Virus record (IMG/VR): IMGVR_UViG_3300028008_000065
Coordinates: 1-31,230 of that record
Direction: 5' to 3' (one strand)
DNA length: 31,230 nucleotides
Source: a virus
Lineage: Duplodnaviria; Caudoviricetes
In this document: one piece after another, positions 25,466-31,230 of the stretch
Layout: each line of letters starts with the position of its first letter
Position numbering within the stretch: the stretch's first letter is position 1
The notes under the pieces: model-generated
The model's input: the letters and a program-made list of their open reading frames with translations, nothing else
Told to the model about the DNA's origin: nothing
Database searches by the model: none
Made by a program: the position numbers and the translations under genes

Positions 25466-28400
25466 TTATCCTAATACCAATACATATTCTAATGCGATTG
25501 ATTCCGCATCATTTCTACTTATCCCGCCGCTAGACCCTGCGACACTAACCCAGTTTACACCGTCAAAGATTTCAACACGATCATCTTCGTTATTGTATCG
25601 CATCATGCCATCTTCTGAGTTGATTGGTGCAGGTCTTTCTACGTTGTTACCTGTTGGAATTACAACTCCGCCTGTACCACCAAACTTAAAATATCCATTA
25701 CCTGTTGAGTTAAACGAAGTAATACTATCTGCAACAGTATTTGTAAACGTAGCACCGTCGAATTTAAAATTATCTAATACAACTCCGCCAGTGCCGTTAC
25801 CTGATAACACTAAGTCTTGGTTAGTAGATATTGTTTTTATTTCATTACTATCAATTTCAATGTCATCAACGATAAGTTTAGTTGTACTAAATCTACTTGC
25901 TGTTAGATCAGCAGTTAAAGCACCTTGATTATAAAACCTAATTACATTATCGTTAGCACCCGGAGTAAGTTCTGCTGTAATATATGTGTCACCGTCGTCA
26001 TCACGTAATCCGTCACTTAGTGTTATCCAGTCACCGTTGTAACCTTCAAAATGGTTTGTAGTTGTGTTATAACGTAACATACCAGTTTGTGCTGTTGAGT
26101 TTCTTTGTGCTGTGGTACCTTTTGGAAGTACAACACTGTCAACACTATCAATTTCAAGTACACCGCTACCTGGATTTAATACCATATCCGCTGTACTACT
26201 GATAATATTACTATCAAATTGTATATCATCAAACACAACTTTACCAGCACCGTTTGCACGTAACTCTAAATCACTATTTGATTGAGTAGTTGTAATAAAG
26301 TTATCATCAATTAAAATATCACCTGTACTAAAACTATTTGCTGTAACTCTGCCCAATGCATCTAAGTTGTCTGCATTCAATACACCTTGCACTGTTAAGT
26401 CTTGTTCTATAACAACATTATTACTTGGTATTAAAATGTCACCAGTGCCGTTAGCACGTAATTCTAAGTCTGCATTAGTAGTTGTAGTTGTAATAAAGTT
26501 TGTGTTAATATCAATTTCTGCAAGTTCTAATGTTGCGTTTGGTGCAGTAATTGCATTAGTAATTGTTAAGTCACCAACTGAAAGACTGCTATTAACTGTA
26601 ACTGTATTAACAGTTGTATTACCATCAATAGTTAAGCCGCCTGTAATAACAACATTATTACTTGGAATAATAATATTACCTGTGCCATTTGCACGTAGTT
26701 CTAAATCACTATCTGATTCTGTAGTTGTAAGAACGTTATCATTTATTTCAATATTTTCAAAATTAGCCTGACCATTAATAATCATATTATTAGTAACTGT
26801 CAATGAGTCAGTTGTTAAGTTACCTGTTGTAGTAGTTTGTAAACTAGTTGCACCATCAACTGTAAGATCGTTTGTAATTGCTACATTGTTATCTGGAACA
26901 AGTATTCTACCAGTACCGCTTGCACGTAGTTCTAAGTTTGCATTTGTAGATGTAGTTGTAATAACATTATCGTCAATTACTATTTCTTCAAACTGTACTT
27001 GCCCGTTAATTGTCATTGTATCTGCAACAGTTAACGTATCAGTTGTAATAGTAGTTGTTGTTAAATTGTTAATAGTTGCTGTACCACTAACATCTAAATC
27101 ATTTGTGATTTCAAGCGTATTGCTAGGAACAAGTATTTTACCTGTGCCCGATGCACGTAATTCTAAATTACTATTAGTTTGTGTAGTTGTAATAAAGTTA
27201 TCATTAATCTCGATATCTTCAAAGTTTGCTTGGCCGTTTATAGTTGCTGTGTTTGCAACCATTGTGTTTGTTGTAATTGTTCCTGATGCTGACAAGTTAG
27301 CATATTGTGCTGAACCATTAACAACAATGTCGCCGCCTACTTCTAAGTCTGCGTTTGGAATAACAACTCTACCTGTGCCAGCGGCATCTAACTCTAAGTC
27401 ACTATCACTATCCGTTGTTTGGATTCTATTACCAGCAATATTAATGTTTTCTAGTTGTGTGTTACCGTTAACAGTAAGCCCATCTTGTATTGTAAGATTA
27501 GCATTAATTGTAGTAGTAGAACCTGTTTGATTTAATGCTCCGGTTATAGTAACATTATCATTAACTTGAACTGCATCGTTAAATGTAGTTGTATTATTAA
27601 AAGTCGTATTTCCTGTAACTTCAAAGTTGCTACTTGGTACACGAACAGATCCTGCGCCTACAGCATTTAGTTGTAAATCACTATCACTATCTTGTGTAGT
27701 AATTGAATTGCCTTCAATTTTTAAGTTACCGTTGTCAAACTGATTTGAATAAATGTTTTTCCAGCGTTGAGATGTACTACCTAAGTCGTATGTGTTGTCA
27801 AAGTTTGGTAAAATATCACTGTTTACATCTGATGCAAACTCAACACTATCTGTATCTGCGTCACCAATATTAATATTACCGGCTAGTGTAAAGTTACCAG
27901 TAACATTTAAATTACCTGTAATATTTGTGTCTGCTTCAATGTCAACTATATTAGTTGCACTATCAATAATAAAATTTTGGGTAAGTGTTTCAATAGTGTT
28001 TCCACTTATTCTAAAATCACCTGTTTCAATTTTGTTACCATCAATAAATGTTACATTGCCGCCTGTGCCAAATGTAATACCATCTGGTGTTGTAATGTTT
28101 AAGTTAACAGCATCAAATACAACTTCGCCTGTTTCTTGGTTAACATAAAAATTATCACCAACTCTAAAGTCACCTTTGTGATCAACACTTGTAAATCTTA
28201 CTTTAGCACTGTTGAGTTCTTCAACTTCGTTTGCTTGCACTACTGTAGTTTCATCATTAGTAACTTCTTTGCCGTTACCAATGTATGCAAAGTTATGACT
28301 TACTAGATACATAATAACACCAGTACCGTCACCTACTGCACCTTTGTTACCATAAACGTTTGCAGAACCAATCGATCTTAATTCGCCACCAAAGTCTGTT

Positions 28401-30583
28401 GTGTTGTAAAAATCAATAAAGTTAGCGGTAGCACCGCCACTAAATGATAAATTTTGTCTTATTTTTATATTCTCATTAACTGTAGTTGCATTATTTACAC
28501 CGTCTAAGTGAGTTAACAATACACAATTACTATCGCCGATTATCTGCGAAGTTGGAACAGTATAAGTTGTATCAAGATATCTAGCACTGTTACTAATTCT
28601 AACATCATCAATATTGCCAGTAAAGTAATTTGCTAAATTAAAGTTTGTACCAATAAGTACTGGCTTAGTAAATCCATAGTCAGTATTATGAACATACGTG
28701 TTACCAACTTGGTTCCCGTCAATGTACATACGCACACCGTCAGTAAGTTTGCTTATAGCAACATGATGCCATGTATTAATAGTAATAGTGCCGCCACTAA
28801 TTCTTTCAGAAGTTCCTACTTTGTATTTTAAAGTTGTTCCGTCTAAGTAAAAGTATGGTGCTGTATCTGTAGCAATACCTGCACGTAAATCATATATAGG
28901 CTGTTCGCCTGTGGTTGACGTTGCATATATCCATGCTTCAATTGTAAAGTCATCTGTGCCAAAGCCAAACTCGTCGTTTGCTCCTACACTAAGATAACTA
29001 TTAACGCCATCTAAGTTTGCACTTGCTGTTCCAAACTTTTTAATACCTGTTTGTAACTTAGCACCGCCATTAAATTTAATTGTTTTTTCTGTTCTAGTTA
29101 ATGCTTCAGTAATACCTGATACATTGCCAGCAATCTTAAACTTACCAGATGCATCTTTGTCAGTAATTACTCCACTAGCAACAACTGTACTTCCGTCAAT
29201 ACTGTTTACTGCAAATGTTTCTCCAGCACTAAATGAACCAGTTACATCGCTTACTCTAAATTCTGTTTGACCTGCACCTTTTAAACCAGTTGACCCGTTT
29301 ACAGCATAAAAGCCTCTATTAGCAAAATATGTAAAGGAGTTTAACCATTCAACTCTAACACCGTTTGTAAATGTTAATGCATCAACGCCAGGAGTAATAA
29401 ATGTTACAGCGTGAAATAAACAACTTGCTTCTTTTGAATCTGTATGTGCAACACTACCGTCTAAGTATGCGCCACGTCCAGCATCGCCTTGATTAAATCC
29501 TCTTGGATCACTAGCATTTGTTACACTACCTTTTGTGATAACTGTAACGTTTCTAATATATGGCGAACGTGATGTTACTTTTATATTAGGTGCATATCTA
29601 AATGCGTGTCCAACATTAGTTCCACTGTTGTAATAGAAATCCATAATAGATAAATCTTCAACAGTTGATTCACCATTAAGATGGAATACATCTTCTGAGT
29701 CAACACTATCAGGCTTGATAGTAACTGCTCGCATACTGTGTCCTTTAACTGTAACTCCTACCGGAATTACTAATGGAAGTCTTTCTTGATACACGCCTGG
29801 AAGGATGTGAATTGTATCTCCTGCTGTAGCATTTTGTAATGCTTTTTCAACAGTTAAGTAAGGAGATTGTGGATGATTTCCTGTGTTATTATTGTTTCCG
29901 TTTTCAGCAACATATAAAGTATTAGCATGTCTGGTATTTAAATTAATACCATCCGAAATAACAATTTGTGCATTTATTGTTTGTCCGTTAACATTATTAA
30001 CGTGTACATCTTGCCATGATTTTACAGATGAACCTAAGTTATATGTTCCACTAGCATCTGGTATAATATTACTAGCAATTTCTGCATTAAAATTAATACT
30101 ATCGGTATCAGCATCACCTAATATGATGTTTCCGTCTGCACTAATATTGCCTGTTGCATGCAAGTTTCCGGTTACATTAGTATTTGCAAGTAACTCAATT
30201 GTACCTGTACCGTTTGGATTTATTTCTAAATTTGCATCTGAGTCTATTGTTCTAATGGTATTATCATTAATTTCAAAACTATCAACAACTAGTTTATTTT
30301 GGTATACAACTTGATCAGCAGTTCCTAAATCAATAGTCCCAGTGTTACTTGTAATATCATTATTTTCAATCGTGATGTTACCTGCTGTTAGTTTATCTAA
30401 CACCAAGTTTGTAGTTCTGATTGTTCCGTTAACATCTAAATCGTATTGTGGAGAGTTAGTATTGATACCAACACGTTGATTTGTTACATCAAGATATAAT
30501 AGATCCGTCTCAAATGCCAAGTCAATCCCATTACGGATTAAGTTCGACTTCAAGAGCGGTCCGGATATGCGACCTACGGCCAT
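25466..30583 (-). CDS. Long tail fibre-like protein (1705 aa): beta-helix, LamG/ConA-like lectin domain, tandem stalk repeats
   Basis: RVGINTNSPQYDLDVNG; LYVAENG..SPYLTVEKAL..GDTIHILPGVYQE; KFGTAS..FGTDDFTIEAWIY..WHHVAI..GNIDDVRIS (LamG-like); two PxG...R....GM.RYN motifs; GAGGAG RBS. Confidence 0.85.
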   Translation of the reverse strand: MAVGRISGPLLKSNLIRNGIDLAFETDLLYLDVTNQRVGINTNSPQYDLDVNGTIRTTNLVLDKLTAGNITIENNDITSNTGTIDLGTADQVVYQNKLVVDSFEINDNTIRTIDSDANLEINPNGTGTIELLANTNVTGNLHATGNISADGNIILGDADTDSINFNAEIASNIIPDASGTYNLGSSVKSWQDVHVNNVNGQTINAQIVISDGINLNTRHANTLYVAENGNNNNTGNHPQSPYLTVEKALQNATAGDTIHILPGVYQERLPLVIPVGVTVKGHSMRAVTIKPDSVDSEDVFHLNGESTVEDLSIMDFYYNSGTNVGHAFRYAPNIKVTSRSPYIRNVTVITKGSVTNASDPRGFNQGDAGRGAYLDGSVAHTDSKEASCLFHAVTFITPGVDALTFTNGVRVEWLNSFTYFANRGFYAVNGSTGLKGAGQTEFRVSDVTGSFSAGETFAVNSIDGSTVVASGVITDKDASGKFKIAGNVSGITEALTRTEKTIKFNGGAKLQTGIKKFGTASANLDGVNSYLSVGANDEFGFGTDDFTIEAWIYATSTTGEQPIYDLRAGIATDTAPYFYLDGTTLKYKVGTSERISGGTITINTWHHVAISKLTDGVRMYIDGNQVGNTYVHNTDYGFTKPVLIGTNFNLANYFTGNIDDVRISNSARYLDTTYTVPTSQIIGDSNCVLLTHLDGVNNATTVNENIKIRQNLSFSGGATANFIDFYNTTDFGGELRSIGSANVYGNKGAVGDGTGVIMYLVSHNFAYIGNGKEVTNDETTVVQANEVEELNSAKVRFTSVDHKGDFRVGDNFYVNQETGEVVFDAVNLNITTPDGITFGTGGNVTFIDGNKIETGDFRISGNTIETLTQNFIIDSATNIVDIEADTNITGNLNVTGNFTLAGNINIGDADTDSVEFASDVNSDILPNFDNTYDLGSTSQRWKNIYSNQFDNGNLKIEGNSITTQDSDSDLQLNAVGAGSVRVPSSNFEVTGNTTFNNTTTFNDAVQVNDNVTITGALNQTGSTTTINANLTIQDGLTVNGNTQLENINIAGNRIQTTDSDSDLELDAAGTGRVVIPNADLEVGGDIVVNGSAQYANLSASGTITTNTMVANTATINGQANFEDIEINDNFITTTQTNSNLELRASGTGKILVPSNTLEITNDLDVSGTATINNLTTTTITTDTLTVADTMTINGQVQFEEIVIDDNVITTTSTNANLELRASGTGRILVPDNNVAITNDLTVDGATSLQTTTTGNLTTDSLTVTNNMIINGQANFENIEINDNVLTTTESDSDLELRANGTGNIIIPSNNVVITGGLTIDGNTTVNTVTVNSSLSVGDLTITNAITAPNATLELAEIDINTNFITTTTTNADLELRANGTGDILIPSNNVVIEQDLTVQGVLNADNLDALGRVTANSFSTGDILIDDNFITTTQSNSDLELRANGAGKVVFDDIQFDSNIISSTADMVLNPGSGVLEIDSVDSVVLPKGTTAQRNSTAQTGMLRYNTTTNHFEGYNGDWITLSDGLRDDDGDTYITAELTPGANDNVIRFYNQGALTADLTASRFSTTKLIVDDIEIDSNEIKTISTNQDLVLSGNGTGGVVLDNFKFDGATFTNTVADSITSFNSTGNGYFKFGGTGGVVIPTGNNVERPAPINSEDGMMRYNNEDDRVEIFDGVNWVSVAGSSGGISRNDAESIALEYVLVLG
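26220..27735 (-). repeat. Seven tandem stalk repeats I.I.DN.ITTT.S[ND].DLELRA.G[TA]G.[IV].[VI]P
   Basis: DLQLNAVGAG, DLELDAAGTG, NLELRASGTG (twice), DLELRANGTG (twice), DLELRANGAG. Two further dispersed copies lie near each end of the protein. Confidence 0.85.
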
Positions 30584-30689
30584 CTCTTCTCCTCAATACG
30601 GGGATCCTGTCCCTCCAACCACCTTGCATTGCGGGTTGACCACAGTCGGATAACATTGAATTTTAGGTCTGATTCTACGTTATATAATG
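30584..30689 (-). other. ~105-nt 5' leader with GC-rich structured core; candidate cis-regulatory RNA
   Basis: 30601..30650 is 60% GC in an AT-rich window. Stems UCAACC/GGUUGG, CUGU/ACAG and GGGA/UCCC lie immediately before the GAGGAG RBS. Confidence 0.45.
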
Positions 30690-30696
30690 TATTTAT
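30690..30696 (-). promoter_or_regulatory. T4-like late promoter (ATAAATA)
   Basis: CATAAATA in the 140-nt intergenic region upstream of the 1705-aa gene. Confidence 0.65.
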
Positions 30697-30723
30697 GTGA
30701 ATGCGAATATTATAATGACTTAG

Positions 30724-31230
30724 TTATCCAAAGATGAGTATATATTCATTCATTATATTATTCATCTCATCTTCGCTAACTGTTTCGCCTGAGCCTGAAG
30801 CATCTGACCAAATACCGCCCACAGTATAAACTTCTAAATAATCCAAATCGCTATTACGTCTTATTTCACCTACTTGAGGATTACTTGGTCGTTGTACTGT
30901 TGATCCTGCTGGTATAACAAATGCTGTGGGTTGATTAAGTTTAATATATCCGTCGCCTGTTACATTAAACAGAGCCGCTCCGTTAGAAGTATTTGTAATT
31001 GTATTATCAAGGAAGTGTAAATTTTCAAATTGAACTTTACCTTGTCCAATTTCTGGTGCAAGTATTAGATCGCTATTTGTAGTATTTGTTTGTATTGTGT
31101 TGCCATCAATATCTATGCCACCTAGTTCTAAGCGATTAAGTGTTGTTGCTTGATATGACATAGTTGCAACATTAACACCTTGTGTAGTAAAGTTAATTGT
31201 ATTATCACTATTAGGTCTTACAAATGTTTG
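30724..31230 (-). CDS. C-terminal fragment of another tail fibre-like protein, paralogous to the 1705-aa C-terminus; 5' end outside the window
   Basis: The frame is open upstream of the track's Met at 31161 to the window edge (QTFVRPNSDNTINFTTQGVNVATMSYQ...). IPAGSTVQRP..GEIRRN..LEVY..EYILIFG parallels IPTGNNVERP..GMMRYN..VEIF..EYVLVLG. Confidence 0.85.
   Translation of the reverse strand, partial: QTFVRPNSDNTINFTTQGVNVATMSYQATTLNRLELGGIDIDGNTIQTNTTNSDLILAPEIGQGKVQFENLHFLDNTITNTSNGAALFNVTGDGYIKLNQPTAFVIPAGSTVQRPSNPQVGEIRRNSDLDYLEVYTVGGIWSDASGSGETVSEDEMNNIMNEYILIFG

Noticed and set aside
1429-30314. Numerous plus-strand ORFs (60-214 aa) in the track
   Set aside because: All lie antisense to long minus-strand genes, show low-complexity mirror composition (V/L/P/S/I-rich) and have no recognisable motifs. 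They are shadows of biased codon usage.
31159-31161. Met start of the 145-aa ORF
   Set aside because: The frame is open to the window edge and similarity to the paralogue continues upstream, so this is an internal Met.
1-31230. CRISPR array, tRNA, intron/intein, transposon or stop-codon recoding
   Set aside because: The repeats found are protein-coding and degenerate. The largest intergenic gap is 140 nt with no cloverleaf. I saw no nuclease, splicing or transposase motifs, and the standard code gives near-complete coding coverage.

Overview
AT-rich, gene-dense stretch of a large tailed bacteriophage genome. It is most likely an aquatic myovirus-like phage using T4-type late promoters (ATAAATA); the host cannot be determined from the sequence. 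All real genes are on the minus strand and form a virion tail/fibre cluster. It contains four giant modular structural proteins (>1960 aa partial, 1691, ~1630 and 1705 aa), the C-terminal end of a fifth, several small beta-domain partner proteins, and a tandem pair of 318-aa Cys/Gly-rich proteins with an acidic partner. A three-enzyme cassette sits in the middle of the structural genes: a GT9-like glycosyltransferase with its catalytic Asp replaced by Arg, an SGNH-like acyl-hydrolase/transferase, and a NodU/CmcH-family O-carbamoyltransferase. The best candidate for an undescribed system is a phage-encoded virion protein glycosylation and glycan-tailoring pathway. Its possible targets are the Cys-rich proteins and/or the D-S-[T/S] motifs that recur in inserted loops of the fibres. 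Also notable are late promoters embedded in hairpins, a GC-rich structured 5' leader, an intact versus degenerate type-1-copper-like domain pair, and a repeated 'C-terminal hydrophobic helix then partner gene' pattern. The plus-strand ORFs are antisense shadows. All family assignments come from motif recognition by eye, not from database searches.
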